From: Octopus vulgaris
Taxonomy: Eukaryota
DNA: 64,000 bases
Direction: 5' to 3'
NCBI GenBank assembly: GCA_951406725.2
Contig: OX597819.1
Location: 90,706,001-90,770,000 of the forward strand
The notes below the pieces were generated by a model. It did no database searches. It was given only the letters and a program-made list of their open reading frames with translations, and had not been told where the DNA came from. Every line of letters begins with the position of its first letter. Position 1 is the stretch's first letter. Below are positions 12,763 through 25,655 of this stretch, piece after piece. The position numbers were made by a program, and so were the translations under genes.

Positions 12763-15700
12763 CTGGAAATAAAAACATTGAAAAAAAAATCAATAAAAGT
12801 ATGACTGTATGAACCAAAATCATACACATTTGGTTGTTTTATGAGAAACAGCAATCAAGTCTTTCTCAAATCATACATTACTAAAGTAAAAAAAAAAAAA
12901 GGAATGACTCATAGGTTAATTCCTGATGGCATGTTGTGCCCTTGAGCAAAACACTTTATTTCACATTGCTCCAGTCCATTCAGATGGCAAAAATGAGTTG
13001 TACCCATACTTTAAAGAGCCAGCCCCGTCACATTCTGTCAAGTTGATTCTCCCCTGTGAATTATGTGAAGGGTACATGTGCCTGCGGAATTCTCAGCTAC
13101 TTCCACGTTAATTTCATGAGTAGGCTGTTCCTACTAGAACCCTCGGTGTAACTGACAGAGTGCCATGAGAGAGAGAGAGGGGAGAGAGAGAGAGAGAGAG
13201 ATGTATATACTGTTTGTTTCTAGTCTTCAGGTTTGGAAACAGGTGGAGGTTTGGTAACAGGACGGTCATCCAGTTGTAGAATATGAAAGAACCGTTAGAA
13301 TAAAAGGGAAGTTAGGGAATAAATATAAAGGATAAAAAATACATGCAACCATATTCTCACAATACATAGACATAAAACCTCCTGCGTTCATAACGTCCAC
13401 ATATGACATACTCATATAGACATGTATATGTACATGCACATACACAAATATATATGTGTGCATGCACATACATATTAGTGGGAAAGAAACACAGAAAGAG
13501 GTGCAACACAGAGATCCATATGAGGAATGCAGATAGCAAGTTTGGAAGAGCAAATAAGGTTTGTAATGAGTTTTAAAAGCTATTTTGAAGACAACATTTT
13601 TGTGTACTTGTATATTTGGTCATTTACAATCAGTAAAATTTCTAACTCTTTCCTTCAGAATGCCATTCTAACAGTAGCCACTCAAGTGAGGGGGAGTGGA
13701 AACTACTTCACAGCTAAATGAAGTTGTTTTTCAACACTAGGTTTAAGGTGTTTCAATTGTAACCATCCCATCTATTTTGTATATCTAGATCTACATTCAT
13801 TTTCCCTTTAAGATGGTAGGTATCATTTGAGGGAGATCTGGTTATTATTCCTAGCATATTAAGCAAATGTGTAGAGGCTCACTTGTAGACTTACGCTATA
13901 AGTAGTAAAGCTACATGCTTTACAGTGTAACAGATGCATCAACTACACACATTTAACTTTGTAAATTAATTTGAGAACAGCTAACATCCATTCCAATAAT
14001 CTAGTTAAAAGAGCAAAAAAAAAAAGCTTCCATTGACAAACCCATCAAATGCTCAAGAACATAGAAAATATAAAATTTTAAATGTGTGATGCAAGTGTGA
14101 CTGTGTGGCTCTCAACCACATAGTTCTAGGTTTAGTTCCACTGAACCTAGAACCATATATAAAGAGACACTTACCCAAGGTGTCACACAGTGGTATCTTG
14201 GGCAAGTGTCTTCTACAGCCTTGGGCTGACCAAAGCCTTGTGAGTGGACTTGGTAGATGGAAATTGAGGAGTGTATATATATACACCCAATATATATATG
14301 CGTGTGTGTGTGTTCATGTCCTTTTAACTTGGTAGTTTGACAAAAGAGACTGATAAAATAAGTACCAAGCTTAAAAAGAAATAAGTACCGGGGTTGATTC
14401 ATTTGACTACAATTCATGAAGATGGTGCCCCAGTATGGCCACAGTCTAATGACTGAAACAAGTAAAATGTGTGAGAAAAAAAGCAAGGTATTTGTGGCCA
14501 CAACAAATAATTGTTGATTGACATAAGCCAGATTATATATGATCAATAGAATGTGATTTAAGGATCTTAAATTATTCAGTACACAATCTTAGTGTCATGA
14601 TGGCCACAAGTTATAGATACAAAACAGTAAAGATCATTTTACTTCATTGTACTATGCTGCCACATCTGAATAGAGTTGGCTTTTAAAAAAAGCATTGTAG
14701 TCAGAATAAGGAATGAAGTGAAAAAATCCAGGGAGCTTGTAGTGGGGTTTAGAATTGAAACTGTGTAAGTTCAGTAATGAGAAATAGGCCACAACATATC
14801 AGATAACTTGACTTGAATGCCATCCAAACATATTACAGCTTCATTTGTACAATCAATGGAATTTTCCATGACTTCCTGCCAATACATGGCTACATATATT
14901 GAAGTTCAGGACAATTAATATAGTGGTTTCAGGGGATCCTGAGAGGACAAGGTTCATGGTTGCTGTTCAACCTCAGGTTAAAAAGAATCATTTGTCTATG
15001 ATGAATGAAGGATTTCCTGCCTCTTGCTACATTAATATGTAGCTAGCCAATTCTTGGTCAAAACGGCATATAATCATGACTCCCTATTGGTAATCAGTGA
15101 TACAGCTTTCGGTAGGCAACTTTTGTAATCAGTATAATGTTCATAATATTCTCATAAAAAAATCTAAGATAGACTCGGTTTTATATGGGGAGAGAGATGC
15201 AGTCTAACCAAAATATTCATAGCTCATCTAACTAGTCCACAAGCTATTAAATCTTTTGTCAACAAAGGGATTCTCTCTCTCTTTCTCTCAATGAAGGGCA
15301 AACTGTATGGTCCTTGTGACATATGATACTGCTTAGGTAGTGAAATATGGATATTGAAAGAGGATTGGTGATAGTCAGGCAGAAATGAGGTGAGCGTGTT
15401 CCATTGGATGTGTAATGAAAAATCAGTTGTGACCAAGAGAACAAAAAAATTGTGCTGGTATGGTTAGGTGATGTATATGAAAAAAATGATAGTTGGGTGA
15501 AATCTATCCCAGTAAAAAGGAGCCAAGTAGAGGAGGAAGATTTTAGAGGTGGTTAAGACTGTGAAAAATTGTACTGGAAGAAGACCTATCCCACTATGCA
15601 GGCTTATATGGACATAAAATAATGACATTGATGAGTATGTTTTGTATCCACTTTTGATATTAGCATGGGTGGGAAGGTTTTTTCTTTTTTGTTGCAAATT

Positions 15701-17798
15701 TAGTTATTTGAATATTTTGGAATGGCTTGATGTCGTTTTCCTTTTTTAATCACTAACCATCCAACATTGATGTAATAGGAATTTCTTTATCAGATGTACA
15801 AACTAAAGTATGTAGGTTATAGAGGCACAATACATATAGTAAGACAAATGATGGCAAGAGACATTTTTCTTAAGTTAAAGAAGGAAACACTATGCAAACT
15901 CTCTTACATTGGTGAGAATATGACCTACGCCAAGAGTTTGTAGAGGCGCAATGGCCTAGTGGTTAGGGCAGCGGACTCGCGGTCGCAGGATCGCGGTTTC
16001 GATTCTCAGACCGGGTGTTGTGTGTGTTTATTGAGCGAAAACACCTAAAAGCTCTACGAGGCTCCGGCAGGGGGTGGTGATCCCTGCTGTACTCTTTCAC
16101 CACAATGGCGGTGCCCCAGCATGGCCACAGCTCAAGAGCTGAAACTGGAAAAACAAAAACAAAAAAACGCCCAATGTGAAAATCTACAGGTCACTATTGG
16201 TAGGAAAAGAGCTGGAAGTCTGGTCTAAATAAACTCTGGAAAAGGCACTCAAAAAACAGGAGATGGTGAAAATTCTAGGTATGAATATCAGGCATGTCAC
16301 CCAAAACAGAATGCTTGCTTCTATCATGAATGTCTTCTTTGATGCAGCCTTGACTTGGCAGTGTTAATGGCAAAGTGCTGTAATAACTGTATAATGGGTT
16401 ATATTTTCTGCAAATTTATTACTGGTGGAGGCATTAACAAAAACAAATACGACACAATAGATGGAATATAATTTCTTGTAAAACCGCAGTGAAGCAAAAC
16501 TTCTAAGAATAATTAGATGCATTAGGATAATAATTAAAAACAGGAACAGTCATGAACTGCAGACCAAAGACTGTTGAGGATGGCTTGCTGGAAATAATAG
16601 ACTCCTGTTAGCTAGTTTTTATGATAGAGTCCAAAGCAAACAAAAATCAACTGACCCTGAAGTGAGATAAATTTTTAACATATAGAGCAAATCTAATTTT
16701 GTTTTATCAAGCTCATAATGCCAATCACTGGAAAAAAGAAAAAAAATTGCTTGGAAAAACTGGTTTGAGAATTCTTTGCAAGTAATGTATTTATCCTCAC
16801 TTTTTTTTAACCAAAACCCAATGCGCAGAAAAGATTAAAAACATAACACACAAAAACCTCAAGTGTATTGGTTAAAAAATACAAAAAAAAATAAATAACA
16901 TCCCAAATCACATGATACGCAAACCTCTTTTGTTAATCACAGCAAAGGAAATACAAGCATTGTATAATTATAATAGAATTTTCATTGAAAGCCAGGAGTA
17001 TTCAAAGCAAATCATTGTAATCAACTTATTAACAGACAAAACTCACTTACCTTGGCCAAAATGGCATCATAACAAACCTGATTTCTATTCATGGTAAACA
17101 ATAGTCTGGAACTTTTATAATGAGTGAGATTCAGTTGTATAGTTGTTACTAGCTAATCAACTAAATGTCTACAGCGGAACATGCTGCAATTGACATAAAC
17201 AAAGATAGTTTTGAACTGAAATTGGCTAATTGAACAAAACCATAGACTCGTGGCAGGAGTTGAGAGAGTGCTTTTAAGTTATTTTAAAAGAGTTCTTCAA
17301 TTGAAAAACTAAACCTATTATCACAGTATTTGTCTTTAAATATTATCTTCACTGACAAAATCCTAAACCTTTCAAATTCATAGGAACATGTATCCTATGT
17401 TCTTCAGAGTAATAAACAAACTCGATAGTTTTAAGAATTAAATATAATTTCTTACAGGTCGTTGCCAGTGCTGCTGGACTGGTTCCTGTGTAGGTGACAC
17501 ATAAAAAACACCATTTGAGCGTGGCCATTGCCAGTACTGCCTGACTAGCCCTCATGCTGGTGGCACATAAAAGCACCCAGTACTCTCAGAGTGGTTGGTG
17601 TTAGGAAGAACATCCAGCTGTAGAAACTCTGCCAGATCAGATTGGAGCCTGGTGCAGCCATCTGGCTCGCCAGTCCCCAGTCAAACCGTCCAACCCATGC
17701 CAGCATGGAAAGTGAACATTAAACGATAATGATGATGATGAGAAAGGCATCAGGTTCATAAGAGAAGGAAAATGTGATTTTGATGTTCATACTCTTCT

Positions 17799-18029
17799 TA
17801 TTTCTTTATTGCCCACAAGGAGCTAAACATAGAGGGGACAAGCAAGGACAGACAAAGGGATTATGCCAATTAGATCAACCCCAGTGTGTAACTGGTACTT
17901 AATTTATCGACCCCGAAAGGATGAAAGGCAAAGTCGACCTCGGCGGAATTTGAACTCAGAACGTAACGGCAGACGAAATACCGCTAAGCATTTCACCCGG
18001 TGTGCTAACCTTTCTGCCAGCTTGCTGCC
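17799..18029 (-). mobile_element. tRNA-related SINE with core gtcgactttgcctttcatcctttcggggtcgataaattaagtaccag; other copies ~4165-4290, 5545-5720, 8480-8690, 18490-18722, 60858-61800
   Basis: Full-length copy flanked by a 13-bp target-site duplication ttcatactcttct (17786-17798 and 18030-18042). The family recurs many times in the window. Confidence 0.85.
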
Positions 18030-19938
18030 TTCATACTCTTCTAAAAGATACAAGCAGTCTATAGGAAACTTATTTTATTGGTTCAGGAAAGATGAAAGTT
18101 AACCCATAAAGCACTGGAATTTGCACTTACATAGCATGGTCTGCTGAGCACATTTTATGAAAATGAGACTGCCGTGCACACATAAAAAACAAAAAAATAG
18201 TTAAAATATCTTCTTAGTATATAATGGTGGCAAGTTTTACATCACCTGAAAAGTCATTAGTTGAACTATTAGTCTTCTTTCATTCTGGGGGGTACTGGAG
18301 CATTTGAGTGATATCAGACCCCAACAAATGCCCATAAATTAAATGCATCTATCTGGGCCATGCTCACGGCCCGTTGTGCTTTATGTGTTAAAGTTGAATG
18401 TGAATTCAAAGTGTAATGATACAACTGAATGCTACAAGACATTTTGATCAGACTATTGCTAATTCCGATACCCACCATATCACAATAATCCTTTCTATTA
18501 TAAGCCCAAGGTCTGAAATTGGTGGTGGTGGTGGGGGGACTAGTTGATTATATAGACCCCAGGGTGTAACAGTATAAAACTGGTACTTATTTCACTGACT
18601 CATGAAAGAAGGAAAGGCAAAGTTGACCTCAGCAGAATTTAAACTCAGAATTTAAAGATGAACAAAATGCTGCTAAGCATTTTGTCTGGTATGATAACGG
18701 TTCTGCCTGCTTGCCACCTTCCACCGTATTATAACAACAGCAACAACAATAAAGTAAATATGTGAGTGGTGCCTCTACATCATATCATATGTAAATGTAG
18801 CAATCTAGTGTAAAGGATATCTTTGTTTAGAATTAGAAGTTATCTCAGAAGCAAATTTGCTTTCTAGTACCTCAAGGAATAAAAATCCAAACAAAACAAA
18901 GTGAAATAAAATTTAGCTTTTTGATTAAAATTTTGGAGAATGTTTTTACAGTTTAATCAGAAGATTTCCAGGATCCATCAAACTGAAGAATAAGGATTCT
19001 CTGGTAATTTTTATAGAGTTAATGTTTAGTATGAACTTTTGTGATTACTATTTAGTAGAAAACAGGTGAAAAAGTTTTTGAGAATGTAGTTTTGTGAAGT
19101 AAATATTGCTCATGTGCATAATAAGATGATAGCAATGATGGAAGATGGAGGTGTGGTTGAAACAAAAATAAGTTTAGATGGAGGTTGTCTCTTACTACCA
19201 GACAAACTTGACTGCTTAACTAAGGCACTTACTGCACACCAGCCAAGCATGAAGTGTGAGAAATTTTTGCAGATTGTTAAGTTTAATGTTGAGTGTATAA
19301 GCATGTTTTAGTTAAGAGTTTCTTCACATAAAATTATGAAATGCTTTAATTAAACTATGGGCACATTAAAATGGATTAATGCATCAACATTCGTCACTGT
19401 ACACTAATGTTGGAAGAATACAGAACTGATAACATTGTGTAAAATCTAGGAGATGCAGACCATTAAATTGTCTGTTTATATTGTAATAGCTATTTTACCA
19501 AATAGACTGTATGAAAACAAGATGAAATTGTAAGTTTATAAAACAAATACTACATATAGTTAAAGGATAGAGTAATATGTTTATGTCACAGTTAGTCAAG
19601 TTGGCAGGCAGAATCTTGTCCTCATGTGCTAAGTAATGCTTGTCTCCTGTCATTGGTCTTAAAGACACTCAACTGATTCGTTCAGACCAATTAGTAAAAT
19701 AGGTAACATGAGAAAAACAGTTCACAATTGAAAAACAGCAAAAGGCAACTTATAAACGACAAAATAAGAGAATAGCAGTTTATTAGCAGCACAGCTTGAA
19801 TAAACATTCCAGCGACTGTCTTAAGAGTTAGTGTCACTAAAGACAAGGAAGGATTGCAAAAAGGTTTAATGAAACTAAATAAGGTTCTAAAGGGTCAGGC
19901 ATCGATCCCAGTGTCACAATTGACTTTCTAAATAGCTT

Positions 19939-20317
19939 ACTCTTTTACTTGTTTCAGTCATTTGACTGTGGCTATGCTGGAGCACCGCCTTTAGTCGAGC
20001 AAATCGACCCCATGACTTATTCTTTGTAAGTCTAGTACTTATTCTATCGGTCTCTTTTGCCGAACCGCTAAGTTACGGGGACGTAAACACACCAGCATCG
20101 GTTGTCATGCGATGTTGGGGGGGACAAACACACACACACATATATATATATATACGACGGGCTTCTTTCAGTTTCCGTCTACCAAATCCACTCACAAGGC
20201 TTTGGTTTGCCCGAGGTTATAGTAGAAGACACTTGCCCAAGGTGCAACGCAGTGGGACTGAACCCGGAACCATGTGGTTCGTAAGCAAGCTACTTACCAC
20301 ACAGCCACTCCTACGCC
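19939..20317 (-). mobile_element. CORE-type tRNA SINE with internal (TA)/(TG) microsatellite; other copies ~5055-5430, 14190-14465, 36700-37215, 53930-54340, 54835-55470, 58720-58940, 61865-62050, 63000-63590
   Basis: Sense strand ggcgtaggagtggctgtgtggtaag...gggttcagtccc (A/B boxes), then a CORE-like gcaccttgggcaagtgtctt block and a 3' end gactgaaacaagtaaaagag. Highly repeated. Confidence 0.8.
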
Positions 20318-21935
20318 TATCAATGGTTTGTTTAATGATATCTATTGAAATTCTGTTATAGTTAATTCTTCAGCTTATTAATCCTGTTGGGAATTTATAA
20401 AATAAGTATCAGTATTACACCAGATGAAGGAGTGAAATAAGTGAATAAAGTTATCTATTTGATCGGTTTCGACTAAATAGTCATATCTGCATGTATTTAT
20501 TATTGCTGTGAAATTAGGCCCCATAAGTTCATGATTCATCACCAAATATTCAATTGGCAGTACATACTTGTAGGCCTGCTGGCATACAGCTGATCAATAC
20601 TTTAAACATCACTTGCCAATATAAGATAAAGAGTGAGTGGGTGTGTGTTTACTATTAGTATTCAAAAGCATCTGTTCCTTCTATTGATATCATTTCTGTC
20701 TCCCGTACCAATGCAGATTCAGTGGCAATCAGGTTTAATCTCACCGAAAAGCACTGATTTTCTTTATAACTCACTACCACATTAAATTCTGTTTCCCTAA
20801 CAACAGGAGAGTAGATTTCGATTAATTCAATTGTCGTGAAGAGCGGACAGTGCAGGCAACAACACTACTTTCTCTCTCTTCCCCACTTTCAGATGAGAGG
20901 CAAAGACCCAAAATGTTAGGGTATTCACTGATAACACCAATTCAATTAACTGAATCCTTCTACTCTTCTATTGATGAAGTTGTCGACACAATCCATTATC
21001 AGTTTCCTGGGATTCTGATTTTCACCCCGACATTTAATGTCTAATAATTAAAACCTAATGTAAATAAAAACCAAATCTAAATATAAATAAACGAGGCACC
21101 GCAGATACGAAGTAAAGACTAAAAACACCTCGAGTTCAAAACTTGCTAAAAGCCTCTTATTAGCATAAGTTATTTTATTTCCGTCACAGTCGGTAAGGTG
21201 GAAACAACAATATTAAGCATCCAACAATAATTCACATGTAAAATCTGAAATTCAGAGTAAACAGAATATCGGCAACAATTAATACTATACAGTTTATGCA
21301 TATTTTTGAGGCTTGGCATGTGGGTAATCAAAAATGACATTTCCCCGAAGCAGATGAAAATAAAGTTATTCTCGGAATAATATAAAATCTAATGTCTTTA
21401 CAGAAGAGCACATTGTCAAATAGATTAAACAAAAACAAAATATAATCCCGATTTATTTATTAACATTGCAATCGTTTCCTTTATCTGTGTTGCTAAAAAG
21501 AAGAAAAAAGACAGAAAAAGAGCAAAAGAAACTGAATTGAGTAAATCTATAATAAAAACTTATTAAGTTTCTTTTGTTTTTTTCTTTTACAAATTACTGT
21601 CCTTTATCTATGAAAACCGGTTGCTTAGTTTTTTTTCTTCTAATATACATTAGTTCAGTTTGTAAACATATGAAACCTCAGACCATCAAGCGTGCAATCT
21701 CGCAGATAAAAATCTACATCAAAACCATACTGCATAAACAAATTACAGTTCCTTACCGAAATTGAAATTAACAATATGGAGATTGACAAAATTAAATAAT
21801 CCAGAAAATTTTTTAGACGAATTTTACAATCGCTATTCAATCACACACATACATACGCATATATATATATATATATAAGGTGGAGTGAAAATGAAAATGG
21901 ATTGTACTCTAGGGTGCTAAGTAAAAATTTCCCGG

Positions 21936-22001
<66 letters not shown>

Positions 22002-23084
22002 AAATAAATCTTTTTCGCGACAAAGAAATGTTTATGTGCAGAACTATACGCACTAACTTGGATCCAGCCTTAATTTAGAACATGTAAATGAATAATGGCT
22101 TTGGTAACTTAAAGAAAACATACGTATGATACATATCTGAAAATAGATATGATTGCAAAGTTAGAGGCAAGCCAGAAATTTATTAAGGAAGAATGTAGTA
22201 GAATGGATTACTGGTATTTATTTTATCGACTCTACATACATTAAGAAACAAAATTTATATAATTTTTAAATCGTTTCTATTCCGCGATAAAAATACTAAA
22301 CATACTTTGTTCCTGTAAACTTTTAATAATTAACACTTAAAAATTCCCAATCCCTCATGTAATTTTCCCATTTAAAAGTAAAACGAAATATGAACGGGGA
22401 TTTCAATTATTATTTTTTTTATCAAACTCCAATTACGAATGAGTAAACAGCAGTTTCTTTGTTGATGTTTCATACAAACGTAATCTATAGGACAGAGAAA
22501 TGTGGATGGGTAGAAGCTATTGGTCGATTTAACATTCAATTCAACTGTTAAGAGTACAGCAAAAATGAATGATTTTAGTGTAAAATCAAATATTATAAAT
22601 GTAACTTTAAGTTAGCAAATTAGAAAAGAAATTTTAACAAATTACGATTTTGACTTTCCTTCTAGCTCATATTAATTGTAGTTTTTTCTTCATTAGATGT
22701 ATTTAATTGTTTAATTATCGATATAATTATACCATGTTAACATGTGTGAAAACAGAATATTCTAAGAATCTGTGAGTAACATTACAGTTAATTTAAAAAA
22801 TGCATCAGAGAAGAATACTTTAATCAAGTAACATTAAGACATTAAACTATTTTAAAATTTACACTGTAATAATTAAAATTCAGTAATATTTTTCGAAATT
22901 TCATAGCGAAAATTAAATTACCCACTGTCAAAGGTTGCTTCACGTATGCGGTTTCGCAATAACAAAATTACTGTAACAACGAAAACACATAATCCACAAG
23001 GAAGAGGAAAAAAGACAAGACAATACAGTAATGATCAAAACTGCTGCAATCGGATAGACAGAGTAGAATCTAGAATAAATTTAC

Positions 23085-23153
23085 CTTGATATCTGATAGA
23101 ACCATATTTACGTTGCCTTCTCCACGGTATATCCAATGTTCGTTTACCGCCAT
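23085..23153 (-). CDS. IPPK: IPPK first conserved coding exon (MAVNEHWIYRGEGNVNMVLSDIK)
   Basis: ATG at 23153, WxYxGEGNxxxV Gly-rich motif characteristic of the IPK1/IPPK N-terminus, AAG|gtaaat donor, 69 nt. Splices in frame to three further exons. Confidence 0.9.
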
Positions 23154-23279
23154 CCTATAGCGCTTTTGTAGTTTTCTGTAAAAGAGAGTTACTCATTACA
23201 GTTCCACATTGCAAAGGATTTCTCGTTGTTAATGAAAGCGCATCGTTTGTACCAACTACGAAACCTTGCCTTAACCGGT

Positions 23280-23400
23280 TTCCTCCACCTCTTCGTTGTT
23301 GTAGTTGTTGTCGCACTCATTGACTAATTACATTTCACGCTGTCCGTCGCGCGCATGAAACTCAGTATACACATATGCGTGCGTATGTGTGTGTGTGTTT
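23280..23400 (-). promoter_or_regulatory. Probable IPPK promoter / transcription start region
   Basis: Locally CpG-rich unique sequence (cacgctgtccgtcgcgcgcatg) just upstream of the first exon in an otherwise CpG-poor window. Position is inferred. Confidence 0.35.
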
Positions 23401-23566
23401 GTATATGTGGGTGTGTGCGTGTATTTATATGTATATATGAATGATGTTCTTATTTTTAAGCACTTCTAAGGATGAGAACTGAGCAGTAATTACTGTTGGT
23501 GTATCTATATTACTGATAGCAGAGTCAAATTTATTTTGACTGGGATTTGCAAGTTGCGCCTATCAG

Positions 23567-23633
<67 letters not shown>

Positions 23634-25002
23634 GCGTGCACACAAACACTTATATTGACTTATTTCCTTTCTCACGTTACACTTTAGTCGCGCGATAGTG
23701 AATTACACATCCAGTTAGCTAGTATATATTAATCAGCTAAAAGTTACAAATATGACTCAAAGGCAGAGAGTTTCGTGTACGGCGTTTAAGCATTCGAAAT
23801 CTAGCAATCTGATATATATATATATGTACTTACTTACTTCAAAAGTTCAATAAACATACACGACAAACGAATAACTTTACAAAAACACAACGAACGGAAA
23901 ATTTTACAAAAATATAAACATAACAAATAGAAAATTTGTGCAAATCAAAGGTTAAAAAGAAATAAAAGGCATGACTGATCTTGATCACTGGGACCACCTT
24001 TAAGTATAAAAATCTGTTACCTCTGCAGCAAGAGAATTAGTCTACGTATATAATACATGCATGTGTAGACGTCGGTAATTTAGGTAGCTGCCAGTTTGGG
24101 GGCGTCGCTTCATGCATCTGGGATCTTTGTAAATAACCAGGAGGAAATGTCAAAATAATATACAGAGGAAGCATTTTATCCCTATTCTTAATTGTAGTAA
24201 ACTCTTAATTCCTATATTTCTAGTTTTGCTTTACTGCTTATGGAAAAGAGAAAAAGACTACAATGCTTGCATGGGTGAGGCAGAAGTTGTCGAGGCAGGT
24301 CTAGAAATGGATACCCTTCCTGTTGCCAAGTAAGGTAATATTCCCTATGATTAGATAGGGTTTTCTGGAAGATTGTAAACGGATAACATTTGTTTACGAC
24401 TGTCACATGAAATCAAGGCAAAGAGACTGCAACACACACGCACGCACACATCGTCATCATCATCATCATCATTTAACATCCGTTTTCCATGATGGCATGG
24501 GTTAGACGGCTTGACAGGAACTGGTAGGGCCAGGGGCCGCACCGGGTTTCATAGTCTGTTTTGGCTCGCTTTCTATGGCTGGATGCCCTCCCTACCTTCA
24601 ACAACTCAGCAGAATATATTGATTGCTTTTTACGTAGCACCATCACCAGTGTTTTGTATGCAGTACTAGCATAGATGCTTTTTATAGAACACCAGCAGCC
24701 ACACCAATGCTCTTTATGTGGAACCTTGGTTTTAAGATGTCAATTTCATTGTGGTGGGTGGAGCTTTCTGAGTACAATAATGTACCATACATCTCGGTCC
24801 TCTGTCATCTCCTTTGTAAGTATCTCTTTTGAGATCGGCCTTAGCGTCTTCCAGTTTCCACCTACCAAATTCGTTTACAAGACCTTGGCTGGCCTGGGTC
24901 TGTAGTAGAAGAAACTTACCTAAGGTGCCATAAAGTGAGATTCAAACTGAGACAATGTAGTCAAGAAGCAAATTTCTTACTATGCAGTCATGCCTGTGTC
25001 TC

Positions 25003-25100
<98 letters not shown>

Positions 25101-25143
25101 CATATATATATATATATAATGTATGTATGCATGTATGTATGTA

Positions 25144-25654
25144 CCCTAAATCCTCGAGTGTAATCTGCATTTTTTTCCCAAAATTTAAAGGTCAAAATCC
25201 CTAGTGCATACTATATACGAGGTTAAAAATGAAAAATATTTTCTAAGCAATGTCCGAGTCTCTATTTGCTGTCCAGCAATGTTTATTCAGACGCATTTTG
25301 TGATGTTGGGCATGAAAATACCTTAAGCTAATCCTGAAAGAAATGAAGTCATAAAAGAATCATCCATAATTTGCAGTATGCAACATTTATTAAAATAAAA
25401 GTATTCAGAACACAGAATAACATGTAACAAAAACAATTTGCAAACATATTTACATTCCCATATAACACTTAAGAACATCATCATTATTGTATTACGCATG
25501 TGCAGAAGCATTTGTTCGACTAGGTGCTGCAGGCTTAATTACGCACGACTCAAGTTAGAGAAGGGGTGCGTATTATACATAGGTTTAGGCTTTTCAGAGG
25601 TACATCCCTAAAAATTATTATGCTCAAGGGCAGACTATACTCGGGGATTTACGG
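25144..25654. mobile_element. ~510 bp pogo/Tc2-type MITE
   Basis: TIRs (ta)ccctaaatcctcgagtgta ... tatactcggggatttacgg(ta) with TA flanks. A second copy in opposite orientation lies at 35613-36125. Confidence 0.8.
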
Positions 25655-25655
25655 T

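Noticed and set aside
15942-16015. tRNA gene (also 3463-3535)
   Set aside because: A and B boxes are present, but the cloverleaf is incomplete and the sequence continues into a repeated SINE body.
19110-19480. Possible ancient PLE RT remnant (SLYTNV near 19397)
   Set aside because: A single short motif with no other recognisable RT motifs in register.
20455-20492. Possible additional hammerhead on the minus strand (GACT attt AGTC-GAAA-ccga-TC)
   Set aside because: The core upstream of stem II and stem I are too degenerate to support a call.
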